Shown piece by piece: positions 32,997 to 40,780 of a stretch of DNA of 41,118 nucleotides. Position numbers and translations under genes: made by a program. The notes below the pieces were generated by a model. That model had not been told where the DNA came from. It did no database searches and saw only the letters and a list, made by a program, of their open reading frames with translations. The stretch is from a virus: the IMG/VR virus record IMGVR_UViG_3300045988_051885; one strand, 5' to 3'. Each line of letters starts with the position of its first letter. The first letter of the stretch is position 1.

Positions 32997-33756
32997 TTTC
33001 CTGCGGGATATCTTCTCTGCACTCTCCCATGCTGCCGGTGACAGTGCCGACAAGGAAGAGCCTGCCCCTGCTCCGGACGTGCCCACTGTGGACACCGTGA
33101 CCGGGTGGGCAGGGGAACCGCCTTACCGGTACATTGACGTGAGCCGGTGGCAGGGTACTATCGACTGGGAGAAAGTCAAGTCTACGGAGTACAGGGGTGT
33201 AATGCTGCGTGCACTGGGCAACAAGGGCGGCAATCCTTATTTTGACCCCTGCTTTGAGAAGAACTACGCCGGTGCAAAGGCCGCAGGGCTTGACGTTGGC
33301 GTGTACTACTACACCAACGCCTCCTGCGAGAAGCTGGCTGACGAAGAGCTGGCTGTACTGCGGCAGGCGCTGCGGGGCAAGGAACTGACCCTGCCTGTGG
33401 CGTTGGATCTGGAATCGCCGAGTCTTGCCGGGATGCCCTATGGGAACTTATCCAATCTGGCAGCCTACCATCTGGAACAGATTGAGAAGATGGGCTTCTT
33501 CGCCCAGCTCTACACCTACACGAGCTATGCCAACGTCCATCTGGACATGACAAGGCTTGCAGGGCGGTGGGACGTATGGCTTGCCGACTACACCGGCAAG
33601 ACCCCGAAGGTAGATTTCAAGTACAACGCCCACCAGCACACCAGCAAAGGCCGCGTGCCGGGCATCTCCGGCAATGTTGACCTCAACGTGACCACTGTCA
33701 ACTACCCCCGTATCATCCGCAAGAAGGGCCTGACCCGTCTTCGGGAGGGCAAATGA
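32974..33756 (+). CDS. Endolysin, glycoside hydrolase family 25 muramidase
   Basis: YIDVSRWQGTIDWEKVK...GLDVGVYYY...LPVALDLE...WLADY...HQHTSKGRVPGISGNVDLN. Confidence 0.9.
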   Translation: MRWKVMLDFLRDIFSALSHAAGDSADKEEPAPAPDVPTVDTVTGWAGEPPYRYIDVSRWQGTIDWEKVKSTEYRGVMLRALGNKGGNPYFDPCFEKNYAGAKAAGLDVGVYYYTNASCEKLADEELAVLRQALRGKELTLPVALDLESPSLAGMPYGNLSNLAAYHLEQIEKMGFFAQLYTYTSYANVHLDMTRLAGRWDVWLADYTGKTPKVDFKYNAHQHTSKGRVPGISGNVDLNVTTVNYPRIIRKKGLTRLREGK

Positions 33757-34142
33757 CCGAAAAAGAAGCTTTGCTGTGGGTGCTTGGCATCCTTGGCAGC
33801 CTGTGCGCTGCGGCCATCACCATCGACAAGGTGCTGGACATCATCCACAAGTACATCAAAAAAGCAAAAGCCCCCGACGATGCGCAGAACAAGCGCATTG
33901 ATGCCATTGAAAAGCGACTGGCTGCGGTAGAAACCGTTTCCACGCAGCACGCCGAGGCCCTTAGACGCGACTTGACGCGACTTGACGGCATCGATGAAGA
34001 AATGCGTCTCGTCCTTGTTGGCGTGCAAAATCTTTTGGACGCGCAACTGTCCGGCAACAACCGCGAAGGTATGCAAAAAAGCAAATCCGATATTAACAAC
34101 TACCTACTGAAAGGAGTAACAAATCATGGAAGCAATGTTTAA
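33753..34142 (+). CDS. N-terminally membrane-anchored coiled-coil protein (holin-associated or lysis accessory)
   Basis: TM segment LLWVLGILGSLCAAAITI followed by helical repeats. Lies between the endolysin and holin. Confidence 0.55.
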   Translation: MTEKEALLWVLGILGSLCAAAITIDKVLDIIHKYIKKAKAPDDAQNKRIDAIEKRLAAVETVSTQHAEALRRDLTRLDGIDEEMRLVLVGVQNLLDAQLSGNNREGMQKSKSDINNYLLKGVTNHGSNV

Positions 34143-34461
34143 CTTTATCCCCGCACCCATCGCACTGGTACTGATGCTCATCGGCTTTGCCTCGCTGGCC
34201 GTTGGTACTATCCGGCTTGGCTACAAGCAGTACGTCAAGGAATGGGCAGTGGAACTCGTGACTATCGCTGAGGACAGCATCATGGGCAACGGTCAGGGTG
34301 CTAAGAAAAAGGCACAGGTCTTTGCCGCGCTGCGCGGCGCACTGCCGGACTGGCTGAAGCCTTTCATCACGGATGAAGTGCTGGACAGTGTGATTGAAAA
34401 GGCCGTCAGCATGATGAAAAAGGCACTGGCAGAAAAGAAGCCTACCATCAACAAGGGGTAA
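34126..34461 (+). CDS. Holin, LL-H-like family
   Basis: N-terminal TM IPAPIALVLMLIGFASLAVG, then GNGQGAKKKAQVFAALRGALPDWLKPFITDEVLDSVIEKAV. Confidence 0.7.
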   Translation: MEAMFNFIPAPIALVLMLIGFASLAVGTIRLGYKQYVKEWAVELVTIAEDSIMGNGQGAKKKAQVFAALRGALPDWLKPFITDEVLDSVIEKAVSMMKKALAEKKPTINKG

Positions 34462-34476
34462 TTAAGGAGTAATATC

Positions 34477-34737
34477 ATGGCAAGCACTACATACGAACCG
34501 ATTAACCCGTGGAGATGCTCAAAACGTATTATCCAGACAAATTCTGACCGCGCTGGAACAGACGTTTGTACAGGCCACCATATCGACAATGTCAACAAAC
34601 TGGTGACGTTTTGTCACCAGTTTACCAGCATTGGCAGTATGGTGCGCAACGCCGGACAGCTGCCGCAGCCTTTCTGGCTCGGTGCTGCCTGTGGCGGCGG
34701 CTCGCGTAGTGCTGCCACTGTGCCTGCAAGGACTTGA
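34477..34737 (+). CDS. Uncertain ORF (86 aa) with a strong RBS but atypical composition
   Basis: AAGGAG 8 nt upstream of the ATG. The C-terminal half looks non-protein-like and overlaps ORF 34631..34915. Confidence 0.3.
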   Translation: MASTTYEPINPWRCSKRIIQTNSDRAGTDVCTGHHIDNVNKLVTFCHQFTSIGSMVRNAGQLPQPFWLGAACGGGSRSAATVPART

Positions 34738-34747
34738 CCGACAGCAG

Positions 34748-34915
34748 ATGACAGCCGCCATCAAGAGCGCACCGCTTGGGAGGGTAGACCGTAAGATAGC
34801 CTTACTGCGGTACGTTGAGCGGCTTCCGCTGCCGGACATTGCAGCACAGACCCATTACAGCCGGACGGCGGTAGGATACCGTCTAAAAATCATTAACAGA
34901 GCGTTAAATACATAG
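34748..34915 (+). CDS. Possible small sigma-70 region-4-like HTH protein, or a remnant of a larger gene
   Basis: MTAAIKSAPLGRVDRKIALLRYVERLPLPDIAAQTHYSRTAVGYRLKIINRALNT. No convincing RBS. Confidence 0.35.
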   Translation: MTAAIKSAPLGRVDRKIALLRYVERLPLPDIAAQTHYSRTAVGYRLKIINRALNT

Positions 34916-34917
34916 CG

Positions 34918-34967
34918 AAATCCCCCGATGTGGCCTTACCGCTGCACCGGGGGATTTTTTTATTTTT
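34918..34967. terminator. Terminator between convergent units (10-bp stem AAATCCCCCG/CGGGGGATTT followed by a T-run)
   Basis: Stem at 34918-34927 and 34948-34957, followed by TTTTTTTATTTTT on the plus strand. Confidence 0.7.
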
Positions 34968-35910
34968 GATTCTCTTTCAGCTTTTCCAGCTTTTCTTTTA
35001 GCTCTTCTTCCCAGCCTTCATGCTGGTCAAGATACTCGCCATAAATCGCCGCTTCTGCCTTTTTCCGGGCGGCAATCGCATCGTCAAGATCATCATACAG
35101 TCCAAGATAAATCTGCTTCCTTCTGAAGTTGATATAGGCAAAGTACCGTCCGTTTGGCCTTTTTACAACGCCGTTTACGCCGGTCTGGGAATTTTTGTTG
35201 ACCTTTCCGCCCATCCGCGATTTCACAGAGGAGAGGGAAGAACCGTCCACCTGGGTGACGCTGTGGATGACATCGACCTTGTCTTTCATGTCACGGGCAC
35301 AGTCGGAGCACCGAAGTATCGGGTTAGAGCGTGTTATGTTTGAGAGCCTGACTTTAACGATTTTTCTGCACTGCGGGCAGACTGCCTTGCACCACATGGA
35401 TACGTCGGGCTTTCGAGGGGGCAGGATTTCGATGATCTTCCAGCCACTTACAGTCTTTCCTTCGTACTTTTCGATAGCTGCTTTTTTTGCTTTGGCGGAT
35501 TTTTGGGCTGCTGCACTTTTCATTGCATCGCTATGCGAGAAAGCACAATGCTGACAGCCTGTGCTCATTCCAGACGTAAGGCTATGCCGATACACGTCTT
35601 TTACAGTTCCACACTCACACTGGCATGTAAAATACCCATCTTTTTCCGCACGGTGCAAGACAGTCCAACGACCGAACTGTTTTCCAGTAAGGTCTCCCTC
35701 TTTTTTTCTCCGCTCATCCATCCTGAGCTGAGCCTCGCTCCTGGTATGAACGCACCCGCAGGATTTGCTCGCTCCTCGGGTCAATGATTCCCGAAGAACA
35801 TCCCTTTCTGTGCCACACTTGCAGCGGCACTTCACATAGCCGCTCTTTTCGGATGCGCCTATCACGATCCAGCTCCCAAAAGTTTGACCCGTCAAATCTT
35901 TTTCCGCCAT
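34960..35910 (-). CDS. AP2-domain DNA-binding protein with three N-terminal Zn-ribbon repeats
   Basis: Repeats of the form DLTGQTFGSWIVIG...CRCKCG...SCGC (three copies). C-terminal TGVNGVVKRPNGRYFAYINFRRKQIYLGLYDDLDDAIAARKKAE (AP2-like). Confidence 0.8.
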   Translation of the reverse strand: MAEKDLTGQTFGSWIVIGASEKSGYVKCRCKCGTERDVLRESLTRGASKSCGCVHTRSEAQLRMDERRKKEGDLTGKQFGRWTVLHRAEKDGYFTCQCECGTVKDVYRHSLTSGMSTGCQHCAFSHSDAMKSAAAQKSAKAKKAAIEKYEGKTVSGWKIIEILPPRKPDVSMWCKAVCPQCRKIVKVRLSNITRSNPILRCSDCARDMKDKVDVIHSVTQVDGSSLSSVKSRMGGKVNKNSQTGVNGVVKRPNGRYFAYINFRRKQIYLGLYDDLDDAIAARKKAEAAIYGEYLDQHEGWEEELKEKLEKLKENQK

Positions 35911-35923
35911 ACCGGAATCCCCC

Positions 35924-36241
35924 TCAGATCAGTCCATAGTGCTCGGCCAGCAGGAAGCGGACGTATGCCGGGCAGTCGCGGGTGCCGACACACCAGTTCT
36001 GCACCGTGCGCAGCGGGATACCCGTCCGCTTTGCAAAAGAGGTCTGAGACAGGCCAGTGCGGGCTACCAGCTCACGCATAGACAAGTGCTCCAGATCCCA
36101 GATGGAAGACAGCTTTTCCTTCTCAGCATCCAAATCAAGGCAGCTGTCAGCATCGTCTGGTACGCTCAGAGTGATGTTGTTGACAAAGATTTCCTTCGGT
36201 TGCTCTGCGGCCATTGAAAAAAGCTCTGCTTTGGTATACAT
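35924..36241 (-). CDS. HTH transcriptional regulator (105 aa; Aca-like position)
   Basis: Start MYTKAELFS with GAAAGGAAG upstream. C-terminal MRELVARTGLSQTSFAKRTGIPLRTVQNWCVG. Confidence 0.75.
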   Translation of the reverse strand: MYTKAELFSMAAEQPKEIFVNNITLSVPDDADSCLDLDAEKEKLSSIWDLEHLSMRELVARTGLSQTSFAKRTGIPLRTVQNWCVGTRDCPAYVRFLLAEHYGLI

Positions 36242-36351
36242 GATTGACTTCCTTTCTTTCGTGTGATAGGATAGTTGCACACCTCCGTGTGAGGTGTCTT
36301 TCACAAAATCCCCCGTTCGGTGTGGCAAGCATCGGGCGGGGAATTTTTTAT

Positions 36352-36564
36352 TTAGTAGATCTCAACGCCCAGTTTTTCAGCGGCGGCTTCAACGACTTCT
36401 TCAAACGAGGGGCCGCGATTCGAGTCGTTCCAGTCGTAATCTCCAGCGGATGCAGCTTCCCACTCTTCTTCCATGTCAGCTGCCTTGCACAGCTCGGTGC
36501 ACAGCTCGTAATCCCAGACATCGGACTTGCGAATGTCAGCGGCGATTTCAATAGCGTTTCTCAT
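36352..36564 (-). CDS. Small acidic protein (70 aa), first gene of the minus-strand accessory operon
   Basis: GGAGGT RBS. Translation: MRNAIEIAADIRKSDVWDYELCTELCKAADMEEEWEAASAGDYDWNDSNRGPSFEEVVEAAAEKLGVEIY. Confidence 0.65.
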   Translation of the reverse strand: MRNAIEIAADIRKSDVWDYELCTELCKAADMEEEWEAASAGDYDWNDSNRGPSFEEVVEAAAEKLGVEIY

Positions 36565-36609
36565 AATTTTGTACCTCCATGTTGTGTGTTTGTGTCTTTC
36601 ACTGTCTTT

Positions 36610-36638
36610 ATTATACACCCAATGAGTGCAAATGTCAA
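36610..36638 (-). promoter_or_regulatory. Consensus sigma70 promoter TTGACA-17 nt-TATAAT (minus strand)
   Basis: The reverse complement of 36633-36638 is TTGACA, and the reverse complement of 36610-36615 is TATAAT. The spacer carries an operator-like repeat. Confidence 0.7.
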
Positions 36639-36676
36639 GCACTTTTTGAAAATATTATACTCATTGAGTGCAAATA
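36620..36676. promoter_or_regulatory. Two copies of a 12-13-bp motif (A/T)TGAGTGCAAAT, 42 bp apart (candidate operator)
   Basis: caATGAGTGCAAATg at 36620-36634 and caTTGAGTGCAAATa at 36662-36676. Each is adjacent to an ATTATA (TATAAT on the minus strand). Confidence 0.55.
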
Positions 36677-36688
36677 ATTGAGCGGCAT

Positions 36689-36728
36689 AAAACCCCCGGT
36701 GTTCCGTTTTTGGAGCATCGGGGGTTTT
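36689..36728. terminator. Hairpin terminator AAAACCCCCG/CGGGGGTTTT (usable on both strands)
   Basis: 10-bp stem with A/T runs on both flanks. Confidence 0.6.
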
Positions 36729-36733
36729 GTTGT

Positions 36734-36895
36734 TTATGCAATTCCGTATTTGTGCGCATACTCAAGCAATTTCTTTTTTGCCCTTTCGTGGATATCCTTG
36801 GTTTTTTCACAAGGGTTTTGAGTGTAACTGTAAAAACTTTCTTCTTCAAGATTAGAAAGAAAATCCAAAACCTTTTGATCAAATAACTCGTTCAT
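36734..36895 (-). CDS. Small hypothetical protein (53 aa), below the ORF-track cutoff
   Basis: TGGAGGG 5 nt upstream of the ATG at 36895. Translation: MNELFDQKVLDFLSNLEEESFYSYTQNPCEKTKDIHERAKKKLLEYAHKYGIA. Confidence 0.5.
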   Translation of the reverse strand: MNELFDQKVLDFLSNLEEESFYSYTQNPCEKTKDIHERAKKKLLEYAHKYGIA

Positions 36896-36934
36896 AATGG
36901 CCCTCCAATATTTTGTTTTCCTTGCTGTGATTAT

Positions 36935-36963
36935 AGTATAGCACTATTTACAGTGTATGTAAA
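36935..36963 (-). promoter_or_regulatory. Promoter TTTACA-17 nt-TATACT (minus strand)
   Basis: The reverse complement of 36958-36963 is TTTACA, and the reverse complement of 36935-36940 is TATACT. Confidence 0.5.
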
Positions 36964-37011
36964 TTGGCATTTTCGACAATGTTTATAGTGCCGTCTTGTG
37001 CATATTTGGTA

Positions 37012-37040
37012 TTGTAAACAGTGCTGTTTTTTGCTATACT
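37012..37040 (+). promoter_or_regulatory. Promoter TTGTAA-17 nt-TATACT (plus strand)
   Basis: -35 at 37012-37017 and -10 at 37035-37040. Lies upstream of the RHH gene. Confidence 0.55.
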
Positions 37041-37067
37041 TGGGCAAATGAAACGGGAGGCATTTTT

Positions 37068-37253
37068 ATGATTTCTGAAAAGAAAAAGGCATCCAATGCC
37101 AAATGGGACAAAGAAAATATGACAAGCTTGGCCTGCCGCGTAAAAAAGGACTACGCGGAAAAGTTTAAGGCGGCGTGCATAGAGGCTGGAACGACCCCAA
37201 ATGCCGTATTAAAGCAGGCAGTTGAAGAATTTTTGCAGGCGCATACAAAATAA
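37068..37253 (+). CDS. Ribbon-helix-helix (CopG/Arc-like) DNA-binding protein (61 aa)
   Basis: GGGAGG RBS. Translation: MISEKKKASNAKWDKENMTSLACRVKKDYAEKFKAACIEAGTTPNAVLKQAVEEFL. Confidence 0.65.
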   Translation: MISEKKKASNAKWDKENMTSLACRVKKDYAEKFKAACIEAGTTPNAVLKQAVEEFLQAHTK

Positions 37254-37384
37254 CAGCTCAAACCCAAGCGCTCATGCGGCTTTGTGCCGTGTGGGCGCTT
37301 TTCTTTTTTGTCCTTCGTTGTGCGTTCGTTTAACGCATGGATTCAGCAGAAAAGGTACTATGGTCGCAAAGGGAGGGGCGCACC

Positions 37385-37777
37385 ATGTGGCACAAGTTTA
37401 ACCCGAACCCGCGCGGGAGCAGCGTCGGGGACTGCGTAGTGCGGGCCGTGGCAGCCGCAACGGGCCAAGACTGGGAGAAAGCTTACCTTGGGCTTGCGCT
37501 TACTGGCTTTATCGTCGGCGATATGCCCAGCGCCAACCGCACATGGGGCGCATACCTCCAAAAGCGCGGGTTCAAGCGCAGTTTGGTGGAGGCAGACTGC
37601 ACCACCTGTTACACCGTGGCAGATTTTGCCCGGGAGTACCCCCGCGGTGTGTATGTACTGGGCTGCTCCGGCCACGTTCTGGCCGTCATCGACGGCAAGT
37701 GGTGGGACAGCTGGGACAGTGGCGCGGAATGCCCGATCTACTACTGGTACAAGGAGGAAAACGATGCCGATTTATAA
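37385..37777 (+). CDS. Conserved phage/plasmid protein with a Cys...His...Asp pattern (possible papain-like fold)
   Basis: AGGGAGGGG RBS. Contains VGDCVVRAVAAATG, GCSGHVLAVIDGKWWDSWDSG and YYWYK. Confidence 0.5.
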   Translation: MWHKFNPNPRGSSVGDCVVRAVAAATGQDWEKAYLGLALTGFIVGDMPSANRTWGAYLQKRGFKRSLVEADCTTCYTVADFAREYPRGVYVLGCSGHVLAVIDGKWWDSWDSGAECPIYYWYKEENDADL

Positions 37778-38207
37778 CGGATACCCGCAAGTGTTTTACC
37801 CGCAACAGCCGCAAGGGCAGCTTGAACAGCTCAGGGCAGCACAGTACCAGCCCCAGCCCGTCATGATACCGACAATGCAGGGGCAGGCCGCACCGACTGA
37901 CAGCGGCTTTATCTGGGTGCAAGGCGAAGCAGCGGCCCGGGGCTATCTGGTCGCCAACGGGAGCCGGGTGCTTTTACTGGATGCTGATTCCGATACCTTT
38001 TACATCAAAGAAGTTGGGCAGGACGGCAGGCCGTTCCCGCTCCGCATCTACGACTACAAGGAACGCACCGGAGGCCCCAAAGCGGCGATTGCAGCCACGC
38101 AAGCCGCAGGCGGGGAGTATGTCACCCGCAAGGAGTTTGACGCGCTGGCGGCAAAGCTGGCGGCGCTGGAGAAGCAGGAAGCACCAGATCCGGAAAAGGA
38201 GGGCTAA
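37764..38207 (+). CDS. Hypothetical protein: Pro/Gln-rich N-terminus, beta-rich core, coiled-coil tail (147 aa)
   Basis: AAGGAGG RBS. Only the C-terminal part of tracked ORF 37488..38207 is coding. Confidence 0.6.
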   Translation: MPIYNGYPQVFYPQQPQGQLEQLRAAQYQPQPVMIPTMQGQAAPTDSGFIWVQGEAAARGYLVANGSRVLLLDADSDTFYIKEVGQDGRPFPLRIYDYKERTGGPKAAIAATQAAGGEYVTRKEFDALAAKLAALEKQEAPDPEKEG

Positions 38208-38210
38208 ACG

Positions 38211-38435
38211 ATGAGCAGCAGCTTGTATAACTCGATGGGCCGACAGACCCAGAACCCCATTGGCGGGCAGTTTCAACAGTTTATGGGCCAGATGCAGGGC
38301 AAGAACCCGCAGGAGATGATAAACCAGATGCTCACCTCCGGCCAGCTCTCACAGCAGCAGCTCAACGCCATTCAGCAGCGGGCACAGCAGATCGCGCCGA
38401 TACTCAACGGCATGAAAAATATGTTTGGATTCTAA
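38211..38435 (+). CDS. Small Gln-rich protein (74 aa)
   Basis: Coupled to the preceding gene. Contains QFQQFMGQMQGKNPQEMINQMLTSGQLSQQQLNAIQQRAQQ. Confidence 0.6.
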   Translation: MSSSLYNSMGRQTQNPIGGQFQQFMGQMQGKNPQEMINQMLTSGQLSQQQLNAIQQRAQQIAPILNGMKNMFGF

Positions 38436-38488
38436 AATGCGGCCGCATTTAGAATAAATTTCAAAATATAACGTAAAGGAGTAAAACT

Positions 38489-39328
38489 ATGTCTCTTTCT
38501 TCTGATAGCACGGTTCTGACCATGCCGGTACAGCCCGCCAACGGCTACAGCAACGGCTTCAACGGCTGGGGCGGCGACTGGATGGGCTGGATCGTCCTCT
38601 TCCTGATTTTCGGCATGTTCGGCTGGGGCGGCATGGGCGGCTTTGGCTGGGGCGGCGGCATGGGCGGCGCTTCGCCTTATATGACCAGCGCCGTAACACA
38701 GGCGGACCTGCAGCGCGGCTTCGACAACCAGAGCGTCATGAACAAGCTGAACGGGCTGGAAAGCGGCCTGTGTGACGGCTTCTATGCCATGAACACCGGG
38801 ATGCTTCAGGGCTTCAACGGCGTGCAGCAGGGCCTGAACGGTGTCACCAACGCCATGCAGCAGGGCTTCAACGGCACCAACGTTGCGCTGATGCAGGGTC
38901 AGAATGCTCTGGCTACACAGCTGGCAGACTGCTGCTGCAAGACCCAGACCGCGATCCAGGGCGTTAACTACAATCTGGCCACTCAGGAGTGCGACACCCG
39001 GAACCAGATGCAGCAGGGCTTCTGCGCAACGCAGAACGCCATGAACAACAACACCCGGGATATCATCGAGAATCAGAACAGCAACACCCGCGCGGTGCTC
39101 GACTTCCTGACCAACGATAAGATCGCCACCCTGCAGAGCGAGAACAACGAGCTGCGCCGGGCTGCTTCTCAGGATCGCCAGAGCGCGTTCCTGACCACCG
39201 CGATGAACGCGCAGACCAACCAGATCATCGGGACTCTGCAGCAGAAAGCTCCCGTGCCTGCCTATCAGGTGCCCAACCCCAACGCCATTTACTATGGCTG
39301 TGGGACCGGCTGCGGCAGCTGCGCATAA
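38489..39328 (+). CDS. Membrane protein with a Gly/Trp-rich TM region, a Q/N-rich repeat domain and Cys clusters (279 aa)
   Basis: AAAGGAG RBS. Contains GWIVLFLIFGMFGWGGMGGFGWGGGMGG, repeated QQGFNG/QQGLNG, a CCCK cluster, and the C-terminal YYGCGTGCGSCA. Confidence 0.7.
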   Translation: MSLSSDSTVLTMPVQPANGYSNGFNGWGGDWMGWIVLFLIFGMFGWGGMGGFGWGGGMGGASPYMTSAVTQADLQRGFDNQSVMNKLNGLESGLCDGFYAMNTGMLQGFNGVQQGLNGVTNAMQQGFNGTNVALMQGQNALATQLADCCCKTQTAIQGVNYNLATQECDTRNQMQQGFCATQNAMNNNTRDIIENQNSNTRAVLDFLTNDKIATLQSENNELRRAASQDRQSAFLTTAMNAQTNQIIGTLQQKAPVPAYQVPNPNAIYYGCGTGCGSCA

Positions 39329-39395
39329 CTGAATCACGGCAACTGACTACAAATTATAGTCTGTTCAGCCCCTGAGCTGATTTTGCAAACCAGAG

Positions 39396-39422
39396 CGCCG
39401 GGGCAAAAGTCCCGGCGTTTTT
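39396..39422 (+). terminator. Intrinsic terminator
   Basis: CGCCGGG-gcaaaagt-CCCGGCG followed by TTTTT. Confidence 0.65.
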
Positions 39423-39442
39423 CTATGAAAGGAGCCGATAAA

Positions 39443-39865
39443 ATGGCTGAATTTAGCAACTCCAACACCGCCATCGTGGCGGCGGGTGAAAACTTTCCCC
39501 TGACCGAGACTGCGGTGAAAGCCCCTGCCTGCATCATGCACCGTGAGGGCAGCGGCCTTGTGACCTTGCGGGGCCTGACCAATCAGTGCAAAGCGCGCTT
39601 CAAGGTAAGCTTTGGCGGAAATATCGCCATTCCCACCGGCGGCACTGTGGGACCCATTTCCGTGGCGCTGGCTGTCGGCGGTGAGTCGCTGACCAGTGCG
39701 ACCGCCATTGTCACCCCGGCGGCAGTCGAAAATTACTTCAACGTTTTCGTGGCCGCTTTCATCGAGGTGCCGCGCGGCTGCTGCGTGACTGTGGCGGTTA
39801 AAAATACCAGTACGCAGGCAGTCAGCATTGCAAACAGCAATTTGATTGTTGAGCGGGTAGCATAA
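39443..39865 (+). CDS. BclA C-terminal-domain-like (C1q/TNF-like jelly-roll) protein (140 aa)
   Basis: AAAGGAG RBS. Beta-rich. The C-terminus ...AVSIANSNLIVERVA parallels the exosporium BclA C-terminus ...IIIEKVA as I remember it. No collagen repeats. Confidence 0.55.
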   Translation: MAEFSNSNTAIVAAGENFPLTETAVKAPACIMHREGSGLVTLRGLTNQCKARFKVSFGGNIAIPTGGTVGPISVALAVGGESLTSATAIVTPAAVENYFNVFVAAFIEVPRGCCVTVAVKNTSTQAVSIANSNLIVERVA

Positions 39866-39881
39866 GAAAGGAGATAAAGTC

Positions 39882-40283
39882 ATGCTGGATAAACTGAATC
39901 ATCTGAAGGACGAAATGTGCGAAGAGCTCATGGAGCTGACCGACAAAAAGAACCGATCCCCGGGCGATGTTGAGATGATCGGCGAGATTGTGGACATCAT
40001 TCTGGACATCCACCGCATCGAGGATTACTGCGAGGGCGGCGAGTACAGCCGTGCGGGCGAGTGGGAAGCTGACATGCGCGGATCTTTCAGCCGCGATGCC
40101 GGAAACGGTTACAACCGGGGCAACAGCTATGCCAACCGAGGCCGTCACTATGTGCGCGGGCACTACTCCCGTACGGATGGCCGTGATCGAATGATCTCTG
40201 ACATCGAGGACATGATGCAGGAAGCAACCGGTGCAGAGCGTGACGCCTACAAGCGGGCTGCTGACATCTTGCGCAACGCATAA
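39882..40283 (+). CDS. Hypothetical protein with an Arg/Gly/Tyr-rich central segment (133 aa)
   Basis: AAAGGAGA RBS. Contains GNGYNRGNSYANRGRHYVRGHYSRTDGRDR. Confidence 0.6.
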   Translation: MLDKLNHLKDEMCEELMELTDKKNRSPGDVEMIGEIVDIILDIHRIEDYCEGGEYSRAGEWEADMRGSFSRDAGNGYNRGNSYANRGRHYVRGHYSRTDGRDRMISDIEDMMQEATGAERDAYKRAADILRNA

Positions 40284-40301
40284 GAGAGGAGGGCGGCAGG
40301 C

Positions 40302-40637
40302 ATGGACATTGACGAGATCAACACACATATTCACAAGCTGAAATGCGGTTCAACGGACTGGCAGAGCGTGGAGAAGCTTGCCGCCCTCTGCACTGTGCGG
40401 GACGAGCTGGAAGAAGCGCACACACCTGAAACGCAGATCCAGGCATTGCCGCCCGCGACTTATGCGGCGGCGTACTCCACGGCAACGGAACCGCAAAGCG
40501 ACTTTGTGGCGGCTGCCAGCTCTGTTCCTTTTGGCGGTCTAATGCAGGTGCTTGACGAGCACATGAAGGCAATAAAGCTGGTGTACCCGAAAGAGTATGA
40601 GCTAGTAATGCGGAAGATTGTCTCTTTGTCTGAGTGA
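40302..40637 (+). CDS. Hypothetical protein (111 aa)
   Basis: GAGAGGAGGG RBS. Last gene before attP. Confidence 0.6.
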   Translation: MDIDEINTHIHKLKCGSTDWQSVEKLAALCTVRDELEEAHTPETQIQALPPATYAAAYSTATEPQSDFVAAASSVPFGGLMQVLDEHMKAIKLVYPKEYELVMRKIVSLSE

Positions 40638-40714
40638 TGTTGTCAAACAGGGAGCTTATCATGGATTTTATATAGAAAGTAAGCCGCCCTGCCCAAAACG
40701 GCCATACATAGCAG

Positions 40715-40754
40715 CAGCCCCTGGGAGCCTGATGGTTCCTCGGGGCTGTTTTTG
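40715..40754 (+). terminator. Intrinsic terminator
   Basis: CAGCCCC...GGGGCTG followed by TTTTTG. Confidence 0.7.
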
Positions 40755-40780
40755 CGTTTATAAAGCTGTTTTTTGGCGGT

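Noticed and set aside
34604-34606. In-frame TGA as evidence for stop-codon recoding (TGA to Trp), linked to the phage tRNA-Trp or the odd tRNA
   Set aside because: Many well-supported genes here terminate at TGA (for example terL, the cro-like gene, RusA and the GT chaperone). The tRNA-Trp has a normal CCA anticodon, and no other gene needs read-through.
36661-36882. 73-aa minus-strand ORF (and its plus-strand counterpart 36668-36886)
   Set aside because: The composition is Lys/Phe-rich and low-complexity, there is no RBS, and the ORF spans a terminator hairpin. A different minus frame (36895-36734, 53 aa) has a good RBS and promoter.
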